Origin: Candidatus Poribacteria bacterium
Lineage (GTDB): Bacteria > Poribacteria > WGA-4E > WGA-3G
Length of the DNA: 64,000 nucleotides
Direction of reading: 5' to 3'
Assembly (NCBI GenBank): GCA_022827885.1
Contig: JAJEIP010000088.1
Span: forward strand, 25,009-89,008
Shown here in pieces: positions 31,162-40,316 of this stretch. Both the position numbers and the translations under genes were made by a program. The notes under the pieces are model-generated. The model worked only from the letters and a program-made list of their open reading frames with translations. It did not search any database and had not been told where the DNA came from. Position 1 is the stretch's first letter, and every line of letters starts with the position of its first letter.

Positions 31162-31322
31162 GCTTGGGTAGTTTGACTCTATTATAGCGTTTTTAGAGAC
31201 GGATGTCAATCTTAAAAGTTGTCGATTGTCGGTTATCAGTCATGGGTTAAAGAGGATTCTGATGTCACCACGAACATTACGTAACCGTTAACCAATCACT
31301 GAATGCCGCTGAAAATCCTACC

Positions 31323-31350
31323 TTGTATCTTTTCCCAAAAGTGATATAAT
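31323..31350 (+). promoter_or_regulatory. Sigma70-like promoter (TTGTAT-16-TATAAT) upstream of the adh-like gene
   Basis: Hexamers at 31323-31328 and 31345-31350. Confidence 0.4.
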
Positions 31351-31428
31351 AGTAATCGTGACAACGACTAAAGTCTTAATCGGTTCAGAGACTGCTGGAT
31401 CTCGCCATACCAAGTTCGGAGGAACCTC

Positions 31429-32511
31429 ATGAAAGCTGCAGTATTATATGAAACGGACACACACTTAAAGATTGAAGAGTTCGATTTACCGCGTCCGAGC
31501 GCGAATCAGGTCCGGGTGCGATTGGTCGCCAGTGGCGTTTGTCATTCTGATTGGCACGTCGTTAAGGGCGATTGGCCCTTCGTCAGGTTACCTGTCATCC
31601 TTGGGCATGAAGGGGCAGGGGTCGTAGAAGAGATCGGAAGCGACGTGACACAGGTCCAAGTCGGCGATCATGTAATCCTTTCATGGAAACGGAACTGTGG
31701 ATACTGCGAAATGTGTCAGAAAGGGTATCCGAATTTGTGTGCACTCCCCTCCGACGGGTCAGGGAGACCGGCGATAAAAACGAGTGGACGCGAGATCGAC
31801 CAGATGTCGGGATTAGGAACATTCGGTACTGAAACGATTGTCCCACAGGACGCAGTTGTTCCGATTGATAAGGATATGCCGTTTGCACAAGCCGCGCTCA
31901 TCGGGTGTGGCGTGATGACAGGGGTCGGCGCGGCTATCAATACTGCAGAAGTTTCACCCGGCAGTTCGGTCGCTGTCTTTGGATGTGGTGGGGTCGGACT
32001 CAATTGCATACAAGGTGCTGCGATGTCTGGGGGTGAACCTATTATTGCCGTTGATGTCCTCGACAACAAGCTCGAACTCGGCAAGCAGTTTGGCGCGACA
32101 CACACGGTTAACGCTTCGGAGGTAGACGCTGTGGAACGGATTAAGGAAATTACCGATGGGCGCGGTGTCCACTATGCTTTTGAGGCAATCGGGTTAATCG
32201 GGGAGACGTTCCGACAGGCGATCCTCTGCACGCGGAGTAGGGGCATAACGGTGTTTGTCGGGCATGCCCCGGAGAACACATCCGTCGAATTCGATGCCCG
32301 GATGCTGATAGCTGAGAAAACCGTTATTGGCTCTATGTATGGAACTGCGCGCCCGCACGTGGATTTCCCGCGGTTGGTTTCGCTCTATAAAGCAGGGCAA
32401 CTGAAGTTGGACGAACTCGTCACGCGCACCTATCCGTTGGAAGGGATTAACGATGCCTTCGAGGCATTGGCAAGAGGCGAAGTCGCACGGAGTGTGCTGG
32501 ATTTGACCTAA
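31429..32511 (+). CDS. Zinc-dependent alcohol dehydrogenase (class III / medium-chain dehydrogenase family)
   Basis: GVCHSDWH catalytic-Zn motif, the structural-Zn Cys cluster CGYCEMCQKGYPNLC, and the GxGxxG motif FGCGGVG. Confidence 0.8.
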   Translation: MKAAVLYETDTHLKIEEFDLPRPSANQVRVRLVASGVCHSDWHVVKGDWPFVRLPVILGHEGAGVVEEIGSDVTQVQVGDHVILSWKRNCGYCEMCQKGYPNLCALPSDGSGRPAIKTSGREIDQMSGLGTFGTETIVPQDAVVPIDKDMPFAQAALIGCGVMTGVGAAINTAEVSPGSSVAVFGCGGVGLNCIQGAAMSGGEPIIAVDVLDNKLELGKQFGATHTVNASEVDAVERIKEITDGRGVHYAFEAIGLIGETFRQAILCTRSRGITVFVGHAPENTSVEFDARMLIAEKTVIGSMYGTARPHVDFPRLVSLYKAGQLKLDELVTRTYPLEGINDAFEALARGEVARSVLDLT

Positions 32512-32512
32512 G

Positions 32513-33325
32513 TTATTCGAGAATCCGCGCCATACGTTCGCGAATCCACGCTTTGTGCTCAGGATGTGTGTGGATGTAGAAGGTGCCGTTCTGAATTGCG
32601 TTATAGACATGTTCCGCTACTTCCGCAGGGGACAATCCTGCCTCCATCTCAGCGCGGGTATTCCGTGAACCACCAATGATTATTTCCTCGGGACGCTCTG
32701 TCTCTACCGGATTTTGTAATGCATCTGGACGGTTTCGGACGGAATCCAGAATCCCTGTGCGAACCCATCCGGGACACAGCACATGCACCTGAATATTAGC
32801 CCCTTTCTGTGCCAATTCATCGGCGAGGGTTTCGGAAAGCACAACGACACCGTGTTTGCTCACTTTATAGATACCTTCACCACTGCCGCCGACCAGCCCC
32901 AAGATAGAAGCAGTATTCACAATATGACACGCGTCCCCTTGCGCCAGCATACGGGGGACAAACGCTCGGATGCCGTGGATCACGCCCCACAAGTTAACGC
33001 CTAACACCCATTCCCAATCGGCGAGGCTATGTTCCCAAACAGGTCGGCTACAGACGACACCTGCATTGTTGCAGAGGATATGCACCGCGCCGAAAGTGTC
33101 TAACGTCCGCTCGGCAAGGTTTTCGACCTCTGCTGCGTTTGAGACATCCGTTCTGACAGTGAGAACCGCCGCACCTTTCGCCTTTAAATCTGCCTCGAGT
33201 TTTGCTAACGGTTCCTCTTCAACGTCGGCGAGGACGACTTTCATCCCTTCAGCCGCGAACCGTTCTGCCAGTCCTCTCCCAATACCGCTCGCTGCGCCGG
33301 TGATAACAGCAACATTTTGCATCAC
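32513..33325 (-). CDS. SDR family oxidoreductase
   Basis: VAVITGAASGIGRG cofactor motif, NNAG, and YKVSK catalytic Y-x3-K. Confidence 0.8.
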   Translation of the reverse strand: MMQNVAVITGAASGIGRGLAERFAAEGMKVVLADVEEEPLAKLEADLKAKGAAVLTVRTDVSNAAEVENLAERTLDTFGAVHILCNNAGVVCSRPVWEHSLADWEWVLGVNLWGVIHGIRAFVPRMLAQGDACHIVNTASILGLVGGSGEGIYKVSKHGVVVLSETLADELAQKGANIQVHVLCPGWVRTGILDSVRNRPDALQNPVETERPEEIIIGGSRNTRAEMEAGLSPAEVAEHVYNAIQNGTFYIHTHPEHKAWIRERMARILE

Positions 33326-33327
33326 AT

Positions 33328-33552
33328 TTAAATCTCCATTACATACATATTGTATAAGGTGTCCCGTGCTTGAGTTGATGGATACGATCCAAGAACGGCA
33401 ATATCAATCGCATCGGGCGCGAATCTTGCAGCTTCAAGGGCACGAAGTGAACGGGTGAGTCCGATTGGTCGGTACCCGAGTTCATAACAAGAGGTCAAGA
33501 GGACTGCGCCGGGGGCGCGCATCGCTGAGGGGATTCGCGTTTCCGTTTTCAT
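33328..33552 (-). pseudogene. Possible N-terminal fragment of a B12-binding-domain radical SAM enzyme
   Basis: VLLTSCYELGYRPIGLTRSLRALEAARFAPDAIDIAV resembles the N-terminus of that family (recollection). The ORF is only 74 aa and then diverges. Confidence 0.3.
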
Positions 33553-33752
33553 ACCAAATAGGATAGCACACCATCACGCAATTGGCAATATGTTTGTAGG
33601 CGGGGTCTCCGAATTCCGACCTTCCAACTCCAATTCCGCTAAACACTTGAAAAGTGCATCCAAACGGGGATATAGATGAAGCTTGTATGATCATTTGAAG
33701 ATTAAAAAGAAGCGAGTGCCACTCCAGCAAAATGTGAAAATGGAAACAACAA

Positions 33753-35207
33753 GTGATTTGGACGCTGATTCGACATGAACTTTTAATCAATTTAATGACG
33801 TTCCGGTTTTTGGTAACCCTGATTTCGTATCTGCTCCTTGTGCTCGCCGGCAGCATTGTCTTAACAGACAACTATGAACGAAGGCTTGCGAGTTACAACG
33901 CCGCAGTCCAAGAACACAAGGAGCGAGCTGCTCGTGCGGAAACCTACTCAGATTTTACGCCCTTTCTTGACAGAGCCCCGAATCCGTTGAGTCTCTTCAA
34001 TCAAGGACTTGACAAGCGTGCGGGAAATTCTATCCAGATCCGCCTTGGAGAGGTCCCCTTCTTATGGGCGGATGTCTACCGCAGTGCTGGCTTCAATAAT
34101 CCGTTCCGACATCTCCTTGCTGATATAGATCTGGTTTCTATCTTTCAAATTCTTTCAAGCCTCCTTGCCCTGATGTTTGCTTACGACGCGATTGCTGGCG
34201 ACCGCGAGAATGGTACGTTACGCCTAATCCTTGTCAACCCTGTTGGACGCGGCTTGATTGTGTTGTCAAAATATTTGGGGGCTATGTTATGCTTGACACT
34301 ACCCCTGTTAATGAGTTTCTTATTGGCACTCCTGCTGCAATTTCAATCTAATGCTATCCATTACACCCCTGATGAGTTCCTACGCGTCGGAGCCATCTTC
34401 CTCACAACGGTCATTTATACCTCCACGTTCTATCTCCTTGGATTGCTTATTTCCAGCATGATTCACCGCACGGCAACATCCCTTATTGTTTCAATGTTCA
34501 TCTGGGTAGGACTGACGTTGCTCTATCCGAACGTGAGCCTATTTCTTGTGAACCGCTTTATGGATACCTCGGAGAGAATGGAGCAAGCACATCAACACAT
34601 TGAACAGTTCGCTGAGCGTTTCTATCGCGAGGAAGAAAAGTTACAGAACCCCTTTGAGCATCTCGGACGAGGGTGGCATAGCAGTTACACCCATCGGAGT
34701 AAGACGATCACATCTATTCCGGTGGAAAGCGAGCTGGATGTCCCCGCCGTGAAAGCCTATTTTGAAACCTTAACAGCATTGCAGATGAACACAGCGAAAG
34801 CAGTCTGGCGGGTCCGAGAGCAGGCCTTTTCTGAAACGTATATCCGTAAATCGCGTACCGCCCGAAACGTCCTCCGATTTTCACCTACAGGTTTGTATCA
34901 ACTCTCAACTGCTGCATGGGCAGGCACAGATATCGCCAGAATGGAAGACTTCTTCAACGCAGGTCGGCAGTACAGAGGGACGCTCTTAGACTATTTTTAC
35001 GACCAAAAGGCATTCGATTCACGCCAATGGTTTGCGAGTGATAAAGGCGCTGTCCGATGGGTGGATGTCCCCCGATTCTCGTATCACCCGCCAAGTGTTT
35101 CTGGAGATGCCAGTAACCGTGCACTCCCAAACCTCTTCCTCCTTTTCCTTCTTAACCCTGTGCTATTTATGACCGCTTTTGCTGTCTTCTGCCGACAGGA
35201 GATATGA
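33753..35207 (+). CDS. ABC-2-type transporter permease with large extracytoplasmic domain
   Basis: DAIAGDRENGTLRLILVNPVGRGLIVLSKYLG signature loop and multiple TM segments. Confidence 0.6.
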   Translation: MIWTLIRHELLINLMTFRFLVTLISYLLLVLAGSIVLTDNYERRLASYNAAVQEHKERAARAETYSDFTPFLDRAPNPLSLFNQGLDKRAGNSIQIRLGEVPFLWADVYRSAGFNNPFRHLLADIDLVSIFQILSSLLALMFAYDAIAGDRENGTLRLILVNPVGRGLIVLSKYLGAMLCLTLPLLMSFLLALLLQFQSNAIHYTPDEFLRVGAIFLTTVIYTSTFYLLGLLISSMIHRTATSLIVSMFIWVGLTLLYPNVSLFLVNRFMDTSERMEQAHQHIEQFAERFYREEEKLQNPFEHLGRGWHSSYTHRSKTITSIPVESELDVPAVKAYFETLTALQMNTAKAVWRVREQAFSETYIRKSRTARNVLRFSPTGLYQLSTAAWAGTDIARMEDFFNAGRQYRGTLLDYFYDQKAFDSRQWFASDKGAVRWVDVPRFSYHPPSVSGDASNRALPNLFLLFLLNPVLFMTAFAVFCRQEI

Positions 35208-35208
35208 C

Positions 35209-36657
35209 ATGCTGTGGTATATTATCAAACGCGAATTATTTGAGCAAATCAGCAGTCTCCGTTTCGCACTCGCGATGCTACTGACCGTTTTTTTGATGAT
35301 CGTCAACGCCTTGGGGCATATAGGCGCGTCTAAAGTACAGCAAGCAGAATATCGGCAAAACGTCTCAAAGGCTTTGGCAGGGATAGAACGCGATAGCCGT
35401 CAGTTCTACAACCTCGTCATCCGCGGGCCCGGTGAACTTTACAAAAAACCTTCACCACTCTCGTTCTGTGCACACGGTAGTGAAAATAATCTACCGGAGT
35501 CTGTATTGGGCTGGAGTGCCGGTTGGGGCTGGAATTCCGTTATAGATGGAAAGAACTATCCTTTTTCGGGTATCTGGAGACTGAAGTATACCAGTTTTCC
35601 GCCAATCCGAGCAGCCGACATCTTTCCGATCTTCTTAAGAATCGACTGGACGCTTATCATCGCAAACATTCTCAGTTTCCTTGCACTGATTTTTACCTTC
35701 GACGCGGTTGCTGGTGAAATGGCACAAGGCACCCTCCGGTTGACCTTGTCAAATTCCGTTGCACGCCGAACGCTGCTCACTGGGAAATTCTTAAGCAATC
35801 TGTTCAGCCTTGGTGCTGTTTTCATGAGCGGGGTACTGGTTAATCTCCTACTGCTCTATCTCTCTGGAAACCTGCAATTAAACACCCAAGAATGGTACAG
35901 AATCGGTGGTATTTTCGTCGTAGGTTTGATATATATATCTGTCTTTATTGCTTTGGGGCTTTTCATCTCAACACTTCTTAACACCCCTTCAACAAGCCTC
36001 GTCATCCTGCTGCTCGTATGGGTAATTTGGGTTATCCTCGTACCGTCAATGCTTGGGACAATTATGAGCGGACTAAACCTACCATCAATTCGGAAGGGAC
36101 CGAACCCTATATATTTCACGCGTAGTGGACTCTATGAACGCTACAAGGCACGTGGATTAGAGGAAGGTGCCCCAACCCGTCAACGTCCACCAACACCAGC
36201 AACGATGCTGTGGGCGGAGTTTCTCAATGAAGAACTCCAAGAGGGAAAACGCTTAAATAAAATGTTCTTGCGTGCCCAAATCAATCAAATTCAGATTGCA
36301 AGGGAGGTTAATCGGATCTCACCCACTGCGGTCACACAATATGCAATCGAATCCCTCGCAGGAACAGGGTTCCAAAGGTATCTGAATTTTTTGAAAAATG
36401 CCGAGCGTTATGCCGATGAATTCAATGATTTCCTCATCTCTGCCGATCGCGCGGATCCAGATAGTTTACACATCCCTTTTGTTAGAGAAGGTATGTCTGA
36501 TAAGCCCGTTCCCTTTGAAAGTATTCCTAAATTTCAGGACCGAGTGCGTTTAGAGGATGCCTTCAAGGGCGCGATTCTGGACGTGATGCTGCTATTACTC
36601 TTTTTTATGGTGTTATTTGCAGCAGCACACGTCTCATTTCAGCGTAAAGAGATATAA
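35209..36657 (+). CDS. ABC-2-type transporter permease (paralog of the preceding gene)
   Basis: AGGAG precedes the ATG at 35209, 1 nt after the upstream stop. DAVAGEMAQGTLRLTLSNSVARRTLLTGKFLS loop. Confidence 0.6.
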   Translation: MLWYIIKRELFEQISSLRFALAMLLTVFLMIVNALGHIGASKVQQAEYRQNVSKALAGIERDSRQFYNLVIRGPGELYKKPSPLSFCAHGSENNLPESVLGWSAGWGWNSVIDGKNYPFSGIWRLKYTSFPPIRAADIFPIFLRIDWTLIIANILSFLALIFTFDAVAGEMAQGTLRLTLSNSVARRTLLTGKFLSNLFSLGAVFMSGVLVNLLLLYLSGNLQLNTQEWYRIGGIFVVGLIYISVFIALGLFISTLLNTPSTSLVILLLVWVIWVILVPSMLGTIMSGLNLPSIRKGPNPIYFTRSGLYERYKARGLEEGAPTRQRPPTPATMLWAEFLNEELQEGKRLNKMFLRAQINQIQIAREVNRISPTAVTQYAIESLAGTGFQRYLNFLKNAERYADEFNDFLISADRADPDSLHIPFVREGMSDKPVPFESIPKFQDRVRLEDAFKGAILDVMLLLLFFMVLFAAAHVSFQRKEI

Positions 36658-36664
36658 CGCGGAC

Positions 36665-38038
36665 TTATCCTGTGAGCCGCCGCAGGACGTTGTGCGTGAT
36701 GCGTTCAACCGTTGCATCACCACCCGCCAATCCGTGCGACCAGTCGGTTGTAGCAGCAGTGAAGACTGTCCCACCTTTCGTGTAAATACCCATCGTTGCG
36801 GCACCGGTTCTCCCTCTTTCCCAGCGTTCATACCATTCACAGTCGTCAGGATGCCAACGGACAGGAGCCGTTGCGAGAATCGTAAAGCCTTCAGGCGTGC
36901 CGTCTTGATAGGTCGGGACCGGCAACCCGTCTACGAGGGTCCACTCGCATCCGTCGCATTCGTAACCGACAATGGTGTTTTCGCCACCGAAGGTGTCGTC
37001 TCGTGAGAGGTGCGTGCCTTCAAATACCCAGTGTTCTGGATGATGGACGGTGTATTCCCCTGGACCGTCCATAAATTGACCGTGACTCAGGTGATAACCT
37101 CCCTGAAGGAAGCCGACACCTGTCAATTGGTTCTCAGGACGATCCACCAGATAGTGGCTCCACAACGTGCTCAGGGTACTGAGGTCATCGGTCTTAAAAA
37201 CCGGATCCTGGTTATAGGTTTGCTTCCAGCAGACAAGAGCTCTGCCAGCATCTTCGGATCGAACCTGCCAGCAGACGGAATTCCCGCTGAAAAAGGCAGC
37301 ATTTCCGCCGTTTGCGATGAATACCTCAAGGCTATCGCGCATCGGAGCAGACCAGTATTCATCGTGCCCAACACTTAAGACGAGTTTGTAGTGCTCTAAC
37401 ATTTCAGGGCAGAATTCCAAATCGGAGTTCGCGGCGTAATCGAACGTATATCCGTTCTGCTCTGCCCAGACGATAAAGGGCAATTCCCAGTTCCTGAAAA
37501 TGCCGCGGGTCGGTCGATCAAACGAGACGCGGTTCCCCTGTATCTTGCTTGCCCCGTGATACCCGTAAAGACTAAACCCACCCCAGTTGTTGTATGCGTT
37601 ATAGGTGTTAGTAGAGAGTTGGAGCAGAATAGGCGTGTTCGCTCCCGGTTTCGAGGGACGGACAATAAAGAAGAGCGTGCTTTCAGCCGTGCGATGATTT
37701 CTATAGACATGATCACCGCCGCCATCCGTCGCACGGAGGGTGCCTTCATAATAGCCGCTCTGCCACGTTTCAGGCACTTCGAGCGTAAAAATAGGAGACC
37801 ATCCACATCCCTGCGATGACGCATCTGTCGGAATCGGTTGTGCTTCACCTGGAAGTTCCGCTTGACGCCAGACGACCTCGCGTGTCGCGCCGATACGAGC
37901 AATCTCAAGTGAATAGTTTTCTGCACTCGTTGAGATGTGGAACGCGATTTCTTCACCTGCGACATAACTGAGTTGATGGGTGTATCCGTCAATATACAGC
38001 GGTCTGATTTGGTTCTCGGTTTGCGTTAAAGTTGCCAT
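36665..38038 (-). CDS. N,N-dimethylformamidase beta-subunit-like (DUF6605-type) protein
   Basis: AAAGGAGG precedes the ATG at 38038. STNTYNAYNNWGGFSLYGYH resembles the family's YNAYN.WGG.SLY motif (recollection). Confidence 0.45.
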   Translation of the reverse strand: MATLTQTENQIRPLYIDGYTHQLSYVAGEEIAFHISTSAENYSLEIARIGATREVVWRQAELPGEAQPIPTDASSQGCGWSPIFTLEVPETWQSGYYEGTLRATDGGGDHVYRNHRTAESTLFFIVRPSKPGANTPILLQLSTNTYNAYNNWGGFSLYGYHGASKIQGNRVSFDRPTRGIFRNWELPFIVWAEQNGYTFDYAANSDLEFCPEMLEHYKLVLSVGHDEYWSAPMRDSLEVFIANGGNAAFFSGNSVCWQVRSEDAGRALVCWKQTYNQDPVFKTDDLSTLSTLWSHYLVDRPENQLTGVGFLQGGYHLSHGQFMDGPGEYTVHHPEHWVFEGTHLSRDDTFGGENTIVGYECDGCEWTLVDGLPVPTYQDGTPEGFTILATAPVRWHPDDCEWYERWERGRTGAATMGIYTKGGTVFTAATTDWSHGLAGGDATVERITHNVLRRLTG

Positions 38039-38163
38039 TCTGCGTCCTCCTTTGGTGTGTAGGGTATCATTTTTTGGGCGAAATGTCAATTTTTTAGTTA
38101 TCGGTTTTCAGTTATTTACTGGGTTTTGCACGTTCAATCCAACCGACTATAATTCTGCTTTTT

Positions 38164-38192
38164 TTGACTTTTTTCGTCAGGTATGTTATGAT
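38164..38192 (+). promoter_or_regulatory. Sigma70-like promoter (TTGACT-17-TATGAT) for the PhyH gene
   Basis: Hexamers at 38164-38169 and 38187-38192. This places leader-motif copy G inside the 5' UTR. Confidence 0.5.
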
Positions 38193-38240
38193 TTCTACAG
38201 AATTTTCAAACTGCAGCAATAGCAATCAGCATCCACATTG

Positions 38241-38267
38241 CTTATCCGCAAAGTAAAATTAAAAATT
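38241..38267 (+). promoter_or_regulatory. Conserved leader motif, copy G (cttatCCGCAAaGtAAAATTAAAAAtt), 13 nt before the ATG at 38280
   Basis: Same cttatccgcaagg subtype as copies A and F. Confidence 0.45.
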
Positions 38268-38279
38268 GGAATTGGAAAA

Positions 38280-39137
38280 ATGAAAACAGATCAAAAACAG
38301 ATGACTCCGTTATCACCTGAGCAGATGGATCAGTGGGAAAACGATGGATATTTGCTCTTAAAAGGCGTTGTCCCAGAATCTGCCATCAATGGCGTGCGGG
38401 AGAGTTTTGCCCGTGTGGTAGACGGCATCATCCGCGAGTTGAAAGCGGATGGGATTATCGAAGATGAAGGGACAGAACTCCCCTTTGAGACGCGATTCTC
38501 ACAGGTCGCGGGTGAACACGCCAACCGCTTTGGGCGTTCTTGGCGAAACCAGGTTGCGACACCAGAGGTCTTCGAGCTGCACCACGCGCCGCGCCTCGTG
38601 GACGCAATCGGTCAACTTACAGGGACGGATGTTATCGGACATCCCGTCTTCAATGCGCGTCCGAAACTCCCCGGTCAGCAGTTGACTGTCGTGCCATGGC
38701 ATCAAGATAGTGGCTATTTTGGGACAGTAAGTGAAACTTCGCTCATCCCGACTGCATGGATACCGTTGGTGCCAGTAGATGAGAGCAACGGCTGTTTACA
38801 AGTGGTTGCAGGTTCACATCGATTAGGCGTGGTGAATCATCACACGGAAGAGCGGGAAGGGAAATTTCTTGAGGTTATGGATGAACTTATTGAGGACTCG
38901 CGCGTCGTGACGTGTCCAATGGAATTAGGGGATGCCTTAGTGTTCCACAATCTAACGCTCCACCGATCCCTACCGCACACCACCAGCGAGAGTATCCGTT
39001 GGGCAATTGACATCCGGTATCTCCGAGATGGCGATCATCCGGGCACAATTTACTGGCAGGATCCGGATTTCAAGTGGGTCATCCATAGCGAAACGCAGCC
39101 TGTAACGCCCGTTACCCAATGGCTTGAAATGTGGTAG
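38280..39137 (+). CDS. PhyH family dioxygenase
   Basis: QWENDGYLLLKGVV, WHQDSGYF and GSHRLG motifs. Confidence 0.75.
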   Translation: MKTDQKQMTPLSPEQMDQWENDGYLLLKGVVPESAINGVRESFARVVDGIIRELKADGIIEDEGTELPFETRFSQVAGEHANRFGRSWRNQVATPEVFELHHAPRLVDAIGQLTGTDVIGHPVFNARPKLPGQQLTVVPWHQDSGYFGTVSETSLIPTAWIPLVPVDESNGCLQVVAGSHRLGVVNHHTEEREGKFLEVMDELIEDSRVVTCPMELGDALVFHNLTLHRSLPHTTSESIRWAIDIRYLRDGDHPGTIYWQDPDFKWVIHSETQPVTPVTQWLEMW

Positions 39138-39150
39138 GAGAAAAAAGCGT

Positions 39151-40161
39151 ATGAAACGTGTGCCTTTCCAAATTTTACGAGATGAATTTTATCGTGTGCT
39201 TGCAGCAATCGGGTTTGATGGCGAGCGCGGGATGCTGTGTGCGCGACTGTTCGCCGAAAATCAGCGTGACGGCGTGTACTCGCACGGACTCAATCGCTTC
39301 CCCGGATTCGTTGCTGGACTGGAGAACAAACAGATCGATTTTCGGGCGCAACCAGAGAAAATTGAGGGGTTCGGTGCCTTAGAACGATGGGATGGCAAGA
39401 TGGGGGTCGGACTCGTCAATGCTCACCTCTGTATGCAACGGGCAACGGAACTCGCTGATGTCCACGGTATTGGGTGTGTTGGGCTTTCAAATACAAATCA
39501 CTGGATGCGTGGTGGTGCCTATGCCTTACAAGCCGCAGAAGCCGGATACGTCGGGATATGCTGGACGAATACGACGCGACTCATGCCACCGTGGGGTTCT
39601 GCGGAAAAGAAGATTGGGAACAATCCGATGGCGATTGCTGTGCCGCGACAAGAGGGACACATTCTGCTGGATATGGCGATGAGCCAGTATTCAAACGGGA
39701 AATTGGAAGTGCTGCAGCTACAAGGAAAACAATTGCCGTTACCGGGTGGATACGACACCAAAGGGGCGTTAACAGTTGAACCGGGAGAGATTCTCGATTC
39801 CGCAAGAGCACTGCCGATCGGCTATTGGAAGGGATCGGGTTTGGCATTGGTGCTTGACACGATGGCATCCGTTATTTCGGGTGGGCAAGCGACACACGAA
39901 ATAGGAAAGCAGGGTTCTGAATACGCCGTCTCTCAGGTGTATATTGCGATTAATGCCACCGGAATGATGGGGCAAGCGGTGTTGGAAGAAACGGTTGCAG
40001 CGATTATTGATGACTTCCAAACGGCTATCCCTTTGGACGAAGATGAGAGTGTGAGGTATCCTGGGGAAGGCATGTTGGGGACACGGCAAGAAAGCCTTGA
40101 AAAGGGGGTCCTTGTGGATGAGGCGCAGTGGCAGGCGTTATTAGAGATGACTATCTCTTAA
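39151..40161 (+). CDS. Ldh_2 family oxidoreductase (malate/L-lactate dehydrogenase family 2; 3-dehydro-L-gulonate 2-dehydrogenase-like)
   Basis: AGGAG precedes the ATG at 39151. GVYSHGLNRFP and SNTNHWMRGGAY motifs. Confidence 0.65.
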   Translation: MKRVPFQILRDEFYRVLAAIGFDGERGMLCARLFAENQRDGVYSHGLNRFPGFVAGLENKQIDFRAQPEKIEGFGALERWDGKMGVGLVNAHLCMQRATELADVHGIGCVGLSNTNHWMRGGAYALQAAEAGYVGICWTNTTRLMPPWGSAEKKIGNNPMAIAVPRQEGHILLDMAMSQYSNGKLEVLQLQGKQLPLPGGYDTKGALTVEPGEILDSARALPIGYWKGSGLALVLDTMASVISGGQATHEIGKQGSEYAVSQVYIAINATGMMGQAVLEETVAAIIDDFQTAIPLDEDESVRYPGEGMLGTRQESLEKGVLVDEAQWQALLEMTIS

Positions 40162-40179
40162 AATTAGTTCCACAAACAC

Positions 40180-40219
40180 AAACCTACCTCACCGAACCGC
40201 AAGGAAAATTAAAAATATG
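40180..40219 (+). promoter_or_regulatory. Conserved leader motif, copy D (caaacctacctcACCGAACCGCAAGGAAAATTAAAAAtATG). Its ATG opens only a 17-codon ORF (40217-40270).
   Basis: Lies 19 nt after the Ldh_2 stop and upstream of the next gene's promoter. Confidence 0.5.
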
Positions 40220-40221
40220 GC

Positions 40222-40249
40222 TTGCACTCTTTTTTTAACAGCGTATAAT
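40222..40249 (+). promoter_or_regulatory. Sigma70-like promoter (TTGCAC-16-TATAAT) for the Gfo/Idh/MocA gene
   Basis: Hexamers at 40222-40227 and 40244-40249. Confidence 0.4.
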
Positions 40250-40316
40250 ACATCTGAGCACGAAATCTGAAACGACACCCAAATCACCAATCTAAGCTGG
40301 ATTCAGGAGATAACTC

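Larger units (their letters stand above)
29784..31250 (+). mobile_element. IS200/IS605-family tnpB-only (IS1341-like) element; boundaries approximate
   Basis: Intact tnpB with no tnpA. Nested inverted repeats lie upstream (gtatcagg 29784-29791 / cctgatac 29857-29864; cattgtc 29809-29815 / gacaatg 29820-29826). The right end is not defined. Confidence 0.5.

Noticed and set aside
36617-37992. ORFs 36617-37006 (+), 37010-37378 (+) and 37396-37992 (-) within the DMFase-like gene
   Set aside because: They are alternative-frame or antisense ORFs with Arg/Ser-rich junk composition. The 36665-38038 minus frame is continuous and has an RBS.
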